From a virus, in UHGV virus genome UHGV-0299584: 29,351 nt of DNA, one strand, 5' to 3'. Below the pieces are notes generated by a model, which worked only from the letters and a program-made list of their open reading frames with translations, did no database searches and was not told the DNA's origin. Of the stretch, positions 20,987 through 28,144 are shown piece after piece. The translations under genes and the position numbers were made by a program. The number at the start of each line of letters is the position of its first letter. Position 1 is the stretch's first letter.

Positions 20987-21102
20987 GTCATGTAGTGCGG
21001 CTGTCAACGATCTGACGCGAACCATGACGAACTGTAAATCTACGGAAGGCTTGATATTCAGGGGATTTTGCGGACTGGTACGGATGGGAGCGAACTGATA
21101 AA

Positions 21103-21117
21103 TGGTGTCCCCTGCAG
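21103..21117 (-). other. attP core: 15-nt identity to the 3' end of tRNA-Arg (argW), flanked by an 8-bp inverted repeat
   Basis: The - strand reads CTGCAGGGGACACCA, matching the acceptor-stem/CCA end of E. coli argW from memory. TCCCCTGC (21108-21115) and GCAGGGGA (21134-21141) form a perfect inverted repeat; phage genes lie on both sides. Confidence 0.6.
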
Positions 21118-21176
21118 ACATCTACTTGAGGCGGCAGGGGATTGATTGGAATGGTGTTTTTTAGATGTGAAAAATA

Positions 21177-21196
21177 TTTTACCCGCTATTTTACCC
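21177..21196. repeat. Two further TTTTACCC octamers on the other side of the attP core
   Basis: TTTTACCCG at 21177-21185 and TTTTACCCA at 21189-21197, same motif as flanks the int start. Confidence 0.4.
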
Positions 21197-21391
21197 ATTG
21201 GCGCGGCTTAAGAGCTTATTTTTGAATTCACAATGGTCACGATATAACCATCTTGCTCGCCCGTGGATAACTTTGGCTTTAGGTAGGTCTCCGGACTTAA
21301 TCCGGTCATAGATGAAGGTCTTACCGAAGCCAGTATCGGCCATGATGAATTTCAAATCAACCAGGGAATCAGGCTGTAGTTCGTGTTGCAT
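21191..21391 (-). CDS. AlpA-family DNA-binding protein / putative excisionase
   Basis: 66-aa product with a helix-turn-helix (FIMADTGFGKTFIYDRIKSGDLPKAKVIHGRARWLYRD) resembling AlpA/Xis proteins that partner P4-like integrases; adjacent to attP. Confidence 0.65.
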   Translation of the reverse strand: MQHELQPDSLVDLKFIMADTGFGKTFIYDRIKSGDLPKAKVIHGRARWLYRDHCEFKNKLLSRANG

Positions 21392-21436
21392 GAGTGCTAT
21401 CTCCGAATAGGGAATCGAATCTGCAAATCAGGTAAT

Positions 21437-21457
21437 AAAAAACCGCCATCAGGCGGC
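21437..21457 (-). terminator. Intrinsic terminator on the - strand between the early-left operon and xis
   Basis: - strand reads CCGCC-tgat-GGCGG followed by TTTTTT. Confidence 0.5.
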
Positions 21458-21616
21458 TTGGTGTTCTTTCAGTTCTTCAATTCGAATATTGGTTACGTCT
21501 GCATGCGCTATCTGCGCCCATATCATCCAGTGGTTATGGCAGTCGTTGATGTCCTCTGCTTCGATAACCCTGTCGAATGGCTCTCCATTCCATTCACCTG
21601 TGACTCGGAAGTGCAT
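21449..21616 (-). CDS. Small ORF (55 aa) missing from the ORF track
   Basis: ATG at 21616 preceded by GGAGA. Product MHFRVTGEWNGEPFDRVIEAEDINDCHNHWMIWAQIAHADVTNIRIEELKEHQAA; its stop lies in the terminator hairpin. Confidence 0.45.
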   Translation of the reverse strand: MHFRVTGEWNGEPFDRVIEAEDINDCHNHWMIWAQIAHADVTNIRIEELKEHQAA

Positions 21617-21723
21617 TTATCATCTCCATAAAACAAAACCCGCCGTAGCGAGTTCAGATAAAATAAATCCCCGCGAGTGCGAGGATTGTTATTCACATTT
21701 GACGGCAAGTTGCAGGTTAGCCA

Positions 21724-21981
21724 TTACCGCACCTCCAGTCTCCATACCGCCTGACCAATCCGGCTGGCATATGTATCTTTGGATACTGCTCCGTCTTTAG
21801 CCAGCTCCATAAGAATTTTGCGCAAATCTGCCGAACGCCATTCTTCATCAGGAAATTCCTTCTCCATTGCCAACCGCAAATTCCAGGTTGCCATCCTGAA
21901 TGGATATTCCCCGCCGAGAGCTTTATCTTGCAGGGCAGCCCGGGAACGCATCACCTGCAAAACCTTCTCTTTTACATCCAT
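21724..21981 (-). CDS. Hypothetical early-left protein (85 aa)
   Basis: ATG overlaps the upstream stop (TGATG); last gene of the coupled chain. Confidence 0.6.
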   Translation of the reverse strand: MDVKEKVLQVMRSRAALQDKALGGEYPFRMATWNLRLAMEKEFPDEEWRSADLRKILMELAKDGAVSKDTYASRIGQAVWRLEVR

Positions 21982-22991
21982 CACTTCACCTCCTGCTGTG
22001 GTGCTGCTGGCATTTCACGCCAGTGCGTAACTGAGTGCGGATCCGGATATTCGGTGCCATCATCCCAGCGATTGCCATTCCACATTGCAGACCACATCTC
22101 ACCGTCTTCATACATGACCATTACCGGAATTAACTTATCCGGCATTCGCTCACTACAGCTTATCCAACCATCCGGAGTCACCGGAAGCGAGAACGGCAGC
22201 ACATCTCTGTGAACAAGTTTTTGCTGTGACAGGTTATCCAGAACTTTCTGTACTGCTGCATCACCGAATACACCAAGCGCATCTGCCATAACTCCTACAA
22301 CCTGATAAGCCTCAGCGCATACCGTGGATAAACCATCCGGAATTACCGGAGAGTTGCCGGGTTCTTTAATGTGCAAGCGAGGCTCACCATCTTTTGGTTC
22401 AGGCCACTGGCGCTCCATGTTGATCTTCAATTTATCTTCCATAGCAGCGGTAATTTCAGCATCGCTGATGCCAGCACGGCGCTGTGCATCCCACAACAGG
22501 AAATGCATATCAGCCCACTCGCTGAGATCGTCTGGTTCGGCTGCGGCTTCCAGAGCCTCTTTTGAGAGGTGTTTCAGTGGACCAATGGGGCCAACGCAGC
22601 CAAATGTGGAGTCAGACCATTTGGCATGCTCGTGGCGAATCAGTTCGCGTTCCAGTGATGCCAGTGCAATTCGTGCCAGTTCTTCCGCTTCTTCTGCTGG
22701 CAGTACAACGTTGCTACCAGGTCCGTATGTTTCGCGCCACCGCTTGATTGTCAGCAGTCGCTCTTTGGTAATAGTGCTCATGGGTTTTCCCTCCGCCATC
22801 TCTTCATCGGTTTCCCATAAAACTCGCGCCTGCCCCTCACAGACTTGAATGACTCCGCCACGACCGCAGGAGTTGCACTTAACGGCATCGTCATCCCACA
22901 AGGCGGTTTCATTTCCGCGAGCTGTTTTGACCGTGTGTGATTTATTCCCGCAGCGGCATTTGTTGAGCCAGTCAATAGTGAAAGTTTTCAT
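21981..22991 (-). CDS. EaA-like multidomain early protein (Cys cluster, DUF550-like, DUF551-like)
   Basis: N-terminal CxC...CxxC cluster (CRCGNKSH...CNSCGRGG); a central region resembling the dATP/dGTP pyrophosphohydrolase-like DUF550; a C-terminal domain sharing motifs with the 71-aa protein at 1633-1848. ATGA overlap with the upstream gene. Confidence 0.7.
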   Translation of the reverse strand: MKTFTIDWLNKCRCGNKSHTVKTARGNETALWDDDAVKCNSCGRGGVIQVCEGQARVLWETDEEMAEGKPMSTITKERLLTIKRWRETYGPGSNVVLPAEEAEELARIALASLERELIRHEHAKWSDSTFGCVGPIGPLKHLSKEALEAAAEPDDLSEWADMHFLLWDAQRRAGISDAEITAAMEDKLKINMERQWPEPKDGEPRLHIKEPGNSPVIPDGLSTVCAEAYQVVGVMADALGVFGDAAVQKVLDNLSQQKLVHRDVLPFSLPVTPDGWISCSERMPDKLIPVMVMYEDGEMWSAMWNGNRWDDGTEYPDPHSVTHWREMPAAPQQEVK

Positions 22992-23215
22992 GATGCCTCT
23001 CCTTTACTCGCTGCTTTCGCCTGCTCTTTAGCAAGTCGCTCCGCTTCTCTGAAATCCCAGTCAACTCGACGTGCTATATCAATTGCAGAACGCACGGTCC
23101 GTTCAATTAGCGCATCCAGATTATCGATTGTCATTGCCATATCTGGATTGCGAGATAAAATCTCCGCCCTCTGAATCTGCCAGTTGTTGCAGGTTTCAAG
23201 TAATGAGTTAGCCAT
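22988..23215 (-). CDS. Hypothetical small protein (75 aa)
   Basis: ATG 23215 with strong AGGAGAG RBS, 1 nt after the upstream stop; the longer ORF-track version lacks an RBS. Confidence 0.5.
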   Translation of the reverse strand: MANSLLETCNNWQIQRAEILSRNPDMAMTIDNLDALIERTVRSAIDIARRVDWDFREAERLAKEQAKAASKGEAS

Positions 23216-23216
23216 A

Positions 23217-23705
23217 TCACTCTCCTTTGATGCGAATGCCAGCGGCGCGCGGCACATTAACTTCCACAATGCGCACAGTTGGTTTGTACATCTCAATTGC
23301 TGTCAGCCAGTCAGCGCCAGTCATGCGCTTTTCTGCATCGCCAGTAGTCCACTTAACCGGTACACCAATAGCCTTCATCGCGATTTCTATTTCCCCGGCA
23401 ATGGCGCTTTTCCCGCAACCAGTAAAACCAGATACAACGACAAGAACTTCGCCTTTGGCTGGTTTTATTTCCCGCGCTTCCAGTTCTGCTATGCGCTTCT
23501 CTGCGGCTTCCAGCTCAACACGCAGCTTCCCTACCGTTAGCGCAATATCCTCGTTCTCCTGGTCGCGGCGTTTTATGTATTGCTGGTTTCTTTCCAGTTC
23601 ATCCAGTAGTGCGTTAGCTTCATCCTCTCTCAACACCACTGTGTCGAAGCTTTCGGCCTGCTTTTTGATTTTTGCAATCAGCGCCTGTTTGTTGATGTTG
23701 CTCAT
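23217..23705 (-). CDS. Hypothetical protein with coiled coil (Ea22-like?)
   Basis: ATG 23705 overlaps the upstream stop (ATGA). Coiled-coil segment (LRVELEAAEKRIAELEAREIKPAKGE); family assignment tentative. Confidence 0.55.
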   Translation of the reverse strand: MSNINKQALIAKIKKQAESFDTVVLREDEANALLDELERNQQYIKRRDQENEDIALTVGKLRVELEAAEKRIAELEAREIKPAKGEVLVVVSGFTGCGKSAIAGEIEIAMKAIGVPVKWTTGDAEKRMTGADWLTAIEMYKPTVRIVEVNVPRAAGIRIKGE

Positions 23706-24019
23706 TGGGCGGACTCCTGTGCTCCAAGTTTTGCCCATACTTCAAGGCTGTTATGCGAAATCAGCGCTTCGCGAACGCATGGCCTGTAGTAGTGATGGAA
23801 AGCGAAGGTCAGGCCGAGTTTTGTCGGGCGATCGTGTTTGCCAAGCAATCCCAGGCGAATACAGATAGTCGTTGCCGTGTAGCCAGAGTGATAGCCAGCA
23901 GCACGCTTCATGACTGTTTCTGCCAGAATGGTGCGGAAATCAGTTCGCCCGAAATTGGTACCTTCGAAAGCGGCGTTAACCACTTCGTCTGTAAGATGTG
24001 AATCATCAACTATGCTCAT
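23702..24019 (-). CDS. Hypothetical protein (105 aa)
   Basis: ATGA overlap with the upstream gene; no recognisable motif. Confidence 0.55.
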   Translation of the reverse strand: MSIVDDSHLTDEVVNAAFEGTNFGRTDFRTILAETVMKRAAGYHSGYTATTICIRLGLLGKHDRPTKLGLTFAFHHYYRPCVREALISHNSLEVWAKLGAQESAQ

Positions 24020-24561
24020 ACCGCTTCCCCCTTACGAAGCTGGGCAGCGAACTCGTCGCATACGTGCGTTAAAGAGCAAATCTGGATAGCAGGATGCTCG
24101 CGCAACAATTCCACCCCCTGCGCCAGCACTTCATCCAGGAAGGCGTCCGTAGCTGGGGTTTTGATGTCGTTGAGAGCATCGGTAAACCCGCCTCGATCCA
24201 TACCAAGCTCAGCCTCGTAATCAGCATCGAATGCTGCGTCTTTGCAGAACTTCTTCAGCCCCGCATTCTCCGCTGCCAGCGCTGAAAACTTCTCGTGTGC
24301 CAACTTAACGGCTGCATCTGCCTGCCTCATTGCCTCCATTGCTTTCTTGTTATCAGCAGCCAGCGCCGCGCACTTGGCCTCAAGGTTATCAATCGTGATT
24401 CCAGCAGAACGACACTCCCGCAACGCCGTTTCCAGTTTTGATTCAAGTTCACCGAACTTACGGACAAGATATTCAGCGTTTGTTTCGTTAACCTTTAAAT
24501 CTCGTGGGATGCATTTACCTTTCAGAAAACCATCCATCTCAATTAGTGACATTTGTTTCAT
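24016..24561 (-). CDS. Ead/Ea22-like protein
   Basis: Coiled-coil-rich product ([45 protein letters not shown]) resembling Ead/Ea22-family early proteins. ATG 24561 chosen for its ATGA overlap with the upstream stop; GTG 24579 is an alternative. Confidence 0.6.
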   Translation of the reverse strand: MKQMSLIEMDGFLKGKCIPRDLKVNETNAEYLVRKFGELESKLETALRECRSAGITIDNLEAKCAALAADNKKAMEAMRQADAAVKLAHEKFSALAAENAGLKKFCKDAAFDADYEAELGMDRGGFTDALNDIKTPATDAFLDEVLAQGVELLREHPAIQICSLTHVCDEFAAQLRKGEAV

Positions 24562-24722
24562 TTCTTCCCACTCCGCCACATCGCATTCAGATATTTGTTT
24601 TGATTTACTGACGGAAAAGAATTTCTCTTAAGCAATTCCTCTCTCGATGGCATTGGCTTTACGCGTTGGCGAATAATCATTTCTGCCGGAAGAATGCCGG
24701 GATTGTATGCAAGTCCTCTCAT
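24558..24722 (-). CDS. Hypothetical small protein (54 aa)
   Basis: ATG 24722 preceded by GAGGAA; the longer ORF-track version would overlap the upstream gene. Confidence 0.4.
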   Translation of the reverse strand: MRGLAYNPGILPAEMIIRQRVKPMPSREELLKRNSFPSVNQNKYLNAMWRSGKK

Positions 24723-24732
24723 GGTAAATTCC

Positions 24733-25026
24733 TCAGTCATTACTGATAGCGCCGTAACGTGAGCGGTAATTACGCAGGCGCGGGTCAATTTCAGGGAAGT
24801 GGGTATATGTGGCTTTGCGGAATGGTCGGATTGATGTCTGGTAAATTCGCTCGCGTTCTTCTTTCTCTGCAAGCCATATACAATGGCGAAATTCCTTTTC
24901 CTCTTTCGTTTCCTGCGGTAGCGACATTATCCGGTCGTAGTTTTTTCTGAATTTATCCAGCACCTCCGATACGGAATTGCCGGAACAGCGGCGCGGGTCA
25001 TCCGCACCATACAGAGGCGCTGGCAT
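24733..25026 (-). CDS. Hypothetical protein (97 aa); possibly an Abc-type anti-RecBCD protein by position
   Basis: Sits just distal to ssb-erf, where P22 carries abc1/abc2; size is compatible but sequence identity is not verified. Confidence 0.5.
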   Translation of the reverse strand: MPAPLYGADDPRRCSGNSVSEVLDKFRKNYDRIMSLPQETKEEKEFRHCIWLAEKEERERIYQTSIRPFRKATYTHFPEIDPRLRNYRSRYGAISND

Positions 25027-25049
25027 AATGGAATCCTTATTTTTCTAAA

Positions 25050-25433
25050 TCAGAATGGGATGGAATCGTCGTATACAGGAGTGTTCTGCTGGTTACTACT
25101 TTGCTGCTGCGGGCTGTTTCCTGAAGTTGCAAATCCAATCTTTGCATTCAGTAATTCAAGAGTGATTGATTGACCATTTTGCCCCTGATAAACATCAACC
25201 CTGATGTTTTCTCCGGTAATTTCCACAATTCCACCTTCAACAAGAACACTACGGTAGTAATCCGCTTGCGCTCCCGGCTTGGCAAATACAACGGCGCTGT
25301 AGTTTGCCCATTCTTTCTTTTTTGTCTGGCGATCGTAATACTGAACGCCAGCACGGATGTTGAATCCGATATTTTCCCCGGCCTGAAACTCTCTTGCGGG
25401 CTTGTTTAGTCTTACAGTAATCGAATGTGCCAT
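25050..25433 (-). CDS. ssb: Single-stranded DNA-binding protein (phage SSB)
   Basis: 127-aa product from ATG 25433 (MAHSITVRLNKPAREFQ...) with a Gln-rich linker and the acidic SSB tail ...YDDSIPF (compare E. coli SSB DDDIPF). Start overlaps the erf stop (TAATG). Confidence 0.7.
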   Translation of the reverse strand: MAHSITVRLNKPAREFQAGENIGFNIRAGVQYYDRQTKKKEWANYSAVVFAKPGAQADYYRSVLVEGGIVEITGENIRVDVYQGQNGQSITLELLNAKIGFATSGNSPQQQSSNQQNTPVYDDSIPF

Positions 25434-26038
25434 TAAGCAGCCGCTCCTTCTAATTCGTCTCGTCTGATGTTGTAAACGTCCTGCGCTTTGTGCTGCTCCG
25501 GTGTGCCTTCGAGCATCTTCCACGCTTTGGCGAACGCCTGTTTAAGCTCTTCCACGGTGTTTTTCTGCATTGCTGCGTCAGTGAATGCTTTTAGAACCTG
25601 TTCAGGTGTAGGTGATGGGTTTGATTGCTTTGCTGCTGCGTTCTGCTGATGTTTATGCTCGTCTGTATCTGCATCTTTCGCATCATCAATGCCGAATAAA
25701 CCATTGAGGCAATACTTGCGTGCATAAGAGCTTGTAGCTCCCGTAACTTGTGCAGAATCCATTCCTTTCTTGCTTTCTTCCTCTCGTGCAAGAGCGGTTG
25801 CCGTATGACTGTTTTCGCCATCGGTAATAGTTGCCGTGGCTTTCACGTAATACCGATCACCAATCAACACAACTTCATCGCTGATTGATAAAAACAGGCC
25901 ATTCAGTAACGGCTTAACACCCTCAAGAATGTCTTCGCAGCTTCTGTATTTATATTTGCCGAATGAGTTGTATTGATTCTTTGGCGCGTTCAGATTCTCC
26001 TGAATAGCTGCCAGTCTTGCGTAAAATTCTTTGCTCAT
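25433..26038 (-). CDS. erf: Erf-family single-strand annealing recombinase
   Basis: Product from ATG 26038 (MSKEFYARLAAIQENLNAPKNQYNSFGKYKYRSCEDILEGVKPLLNGLFLSISDEVVLIGDRYYVKATATITDGENSH...) matches P22 Erf as recalled. Confidence 0.85.
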   Translation of the reverse strand: MSKEFYARLAAIQENLNAPKNQYNSFGKYKYRSCEDILEGVKPLLNGLFLSISDEVVLIGDRYYVKATATITDGENSHTATALAREEESKKGMDSAQVTGATSSYARKYCLNGLFGIDDAKDADTDEHKHQQNAAAKQSNPSPTPEQVLKAFTDAAMQKNTVEELKQAFAKAWKMLEGTPEQHKAQDVYNIRRDELEGAAA

Positions 26039-26139
26039 ATGATTGTTCTCAGAATGGACATGGACCAAGGAAATAACGCTGATTTAATACTTCTACTCGG
26101 GACAAATTAAGGCATACCCGCATTCCTTCGCGGTCGCCA

Positions 26140-26298
26140 TTATGGCGATACCAGAGAGCTTTCTGCGTGTACATGCGTCTCTGTAACTTGCTCTCCTTCA
26201 CTGTGGTTGCAAGTGACATGAATATCTCCTTCGTTACCGATTAATTCTTTCATCTGACGAATGAATTCTTCGTCTGACCAGTTATCCGTAAAACTCAT
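26140..26298 (-). CDS. Hypothetical small acidic protein (52 aa) in the kil-equivalent position
   Basis: ATG 26298 overlaps the cIII-like stop (ATGA); product MSFTDNWSDEEFIRQMKELIGNEGDIHVTCNHSEGEQ... Confidence 0.45.
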   Translation of the reverse strand: MSFTDNWSDEEFIRQMKELIGNEGDIHVTCNHSEGEQVTETHVHAESSLVSP

Positions 26299-26465
26299 GG
26301 ACGGCCTTGTTGTTTCAAAATATCCCAAAGCTTTTCGAGCAAACTTTTCATTCTTGGTTGTTTAAAGTCTGCTCCGGTTAAAATATTTTTTCGTGAATGC
26401 TGTACCGATAAAATCGGGTTGAAAGGGCGAACCGATGCCGCCCCTGCAATAGCGAACTGTTGCAT
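26295..26465 (-). CDS. cIII: cIII-like small regulator (putative FtsH inhibitor)
   Basis: 56-aa product from ATG 26465 (AGGAG RBS) begins MQQFAIAG, like lambda CIII MQYAIAG, and lies between N and the recombination genes. Confidence 0.6.
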   Translation of the reverse strand: MQQFAIAGAASVRPFNPILSVQHSRKNILTGADFKQPRMKSLLEKLWDILKQQGRP

Positions 26466-26617
26466 AGGATGCTCCTTCTGTTTGATTGCATAACGAAAAC
26501 GCCTCGAGTGAAGCGTTATTGGTATGCATATAAAAAAGCCCCCACACTGGAGGGCAAAGAAGATTTCCAATAATCAGAACAAGTCGGCTCCTGTTTAGTT
26601 ACGAGCGACATTGCTCC

Positions 26618-26645
26618 GTGTATTCACTCGTTGGAATGAATACAC
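26618..26645. repeat. Perfect 9-bp inverted repeat GTGTATTCA / TGAATACAC with 10-nt spacer
   Basis: Read directly; intergenic, between the 207-aa gene and cIII. Confidence 0.8.
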
Positions 26646-26673
26646 AGTGCTATGTTTATTCTGTTGTTTATGC

Positions 26674-26699
26674 CAAAAATAAAGGCCGACTATGCGGCC
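26674..26699 (-). terminator. Putative intrinsic terminator after the 207-aa gene
   Basis: - strand reads GGCCG-catagt-CGGCC followed by TTTATTTTTGG; the gene's stop codon lies in the loop. Confidence 0.45.
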
Positions 26700-27313
26700 T
26701 CGGAAGGAAGTCCAATCATCTTATTCAAATCTTCTACCCGTAAAGCAGGAAGTGCTGTACTTGCTTTATCTGCTTCTTTTGGTAGCAACTCTTTGCTTTC
26801 AGGCCAAACTTCAATAAGTCGCTTAACTGTTGTGACTGAGTTCAAAGCAGCCCATACATTTGATTCGATATCCTTTTTCTTGGCTTCAAGTTTTTGTTGC
26901 AATGCGCAGATTTCATCAAACCTTTTTGTTATTTCGTGTTCTGCGTCAAACATGCATTTATCTTTTTCTGGGGTGGGGAGCAATATATCTTCACCGTTGC
27001 CGTCTTTTCCGTATGAATGCCAGCCAACTCTTCTGCCAGATACAGTCAGATAAATTGAAGCAAAACGAACATCGCATGAGTAAAATGAACATCCCAGTTT
27101 TTCAAGTTCTTCACTTATAGCTACTAACTTGGATGATAACTGATCCACTTCCTCAGTTTTCTTTTTACCGCCAAACGCAATAACTCTGGCGTCAAGTGCA
27201 AGCTGGTTCTTTAACTTTATTACTTCTTCAAGTTCAGTGAAAACCCCAGACTTAATTAAAGCGTTACGAGCGATTTCCTCTTTCATTCTCGTAGTTAAGC
27301 GGATTGATGACAT
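26690..27313 (-). CDS. Unrecognised 207-aa protein, AT-rich, between N and cIII
   Basis: ATG 27313 with GAGAGGAA RBS, 11 nt after the N stop. No transmembrane segment or motif I recognise. Visibly lower GC than flanking genes (not computed). Confidence 0.6.
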   Translation of the reverse strand: MSSIRLTTRMKEEIARNALIKSGVFTELEEVIKLKNQLALDARVIAFGGKKKTEEVDQLSSKLVAISEELEKLGCSFYSCDVRFASIYLTVSGRRVGWHSYGKDGNGEDILLPTPEKDKCMFDAEHEITKRFDEICALQQKLEAKKKDIESNVWAALNSVTTVKRLIEVWPESKELLPKEADKASTALPALRVEDLNKMIGLPSEAA

Positions 27314-27324
27314 ATTAATTCCTC

Positions 27325-27624
27325 TCAAATAAGTGGTTTGCTGCCTAATTTCATTTTCTGGCGACCAACACAAGTCACACCTATTTCACTGCGTGGCTTG
27401 CTGTAGTAAATACGGTTCTGTTTACGCTCGACTTCTTCTGCCTTCTTGCAGCGAAGGCTTCCGAGTGATGCTGCTTTATCTGCTCTGACGCAACCAGAGA
27501 GCTTTAGCGAAATTTTTCGCGCCAGTCGCTGCTCTTGCATTGCCTGTTCACGTTGAGCCTGTCTGCGTGCTCTGCGGCGATTTCTGGCGTTATCGTCAGC
27601 CAGATATGTAATGACTACTGTCAT
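27325..27624 (-). CDS. N: N-family transcription antiterminator
   Basis: 99-aa product with an N-terminal arginine-rich motif (NARNRRRARRQAQREQ). C-terminus NRIYYSKPRSEIGVTCVGRQKMKLGSKPLI matches lambda N (RTWYSKPGERGITCSGRQKIKGKSIPLI) as recalled. GGAGG RBS. Confidence 0.8.
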   Translation of the reverse strand: MTVVITYLADDNARNRRRARRQAQREQAMQEQRLARKISLKLSGCVRADKAASLGSLRCKKAEEVERKQNRIYYSKPRSEIGVTCVGRQKMKLGSKPLI

Positions 27625-27937
27625 GTTGACCTCCGATGAAACAACTTTGGAATTTTTTTATTACAAAGTGGTTTCCTTCCCCGCCAATTAGACGGGGATG
27701 GAAGAGCATTTATGAGCCTTCATGGACTCTGCTCGATCAGTTCTATTTAATTAATCTCTCAATTGAATGTAAGTATTCACATAAATCCTCCTACCTCTTG
27801 TGCAGCTTTCTTGAATATGGTGGCGGCTGCATAACGCCTATGGAATTGACTTTGGCGGTGACGCGCCGGGTGCTTATCTTCCGGTTGCCGTCGTGCAGCT
27901 GCACTTCACGTCACCCCAAAGCCAACTACTCTTTGGT

Positions 27938-27978
27938 TCCCGCATTTCGGCGGGACAATCCCATCAATGTTAAAGAGC
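27938..27978 (-). promoter_or_regulatory. nutL: boxA (GCTCTTTAACA) plus boxB hairpin (TCCCGCCGAAATGCGGGA) on the pL transcript
   Basis: - strand reads GGCTCTTTAACA, 12-nt spacer, TCCCGCCGAAATGCGGGA; the same 18-nt boxB recurs in nutR at 29094-29111. Confidence 0.65.
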
Positions 27979-28025
27979 CTGCCAATCTGTTCCGTTTGGC
28001 TACCAGCGTCCTGCTGATGGCTTAA

Positions 28026-28110
28026 ATTTAAGATCTCTTTAATTAATGGTCAAGGGGATTTTTGAAGAAAACTTAAATTTTCTTTCGTAACTTAAGTTTA
28101 GCTTTGATTT
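28026..28110 (-). promoter_or_regulatory. OL / pL operator-promoter region
   Basis: ATTTAAGATCTCTTTAAT at 28026-28043 has the same ATTTAAG-N4-CTTTAAT architecture as OR1; further ACTTAA-containing repeats follow. Confidence 0.5.
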
Positions 28111-28121
28111 TTAAAGGAAAT

Positions 28122-28142
28122 AAAAAAAGGGGCGAATGCCCC
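28122..28142 (-). terminator. Intrinsic terminator immediately downstream of cI
   Basis: - strand reads GGGGC-attc-GCCCC followed by TTTTTTT, 2 nt past the cI stop. Confidence 0.6.
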
Positions 28143-28144
28143 CC

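Noticed and set aside
21090-21130. A tRNA gene
   Set aside because: Only ~15-18 nt match a tRNA-Arg 3' end; no D or anticodon arms are present. It is an attP core, not a tRNA gene.
22324-24631. + strand ORFs antisense to the early-left operon (22324-22848, 23227-23868, 24242-24631, etc.)
   Set aside because: Ser/Ala-rich low-complexity translations opposite RBS-supported, translationally coupled - strand genes; judged shadow ORFs.
27636-28025. 129-aa + strand ORF between N and cI
   Set aside because: It lies antisense across the pL leader, nutL and OL operators, has no RBS, and has low-complexity content; most likely a non-coding shadow ORF.
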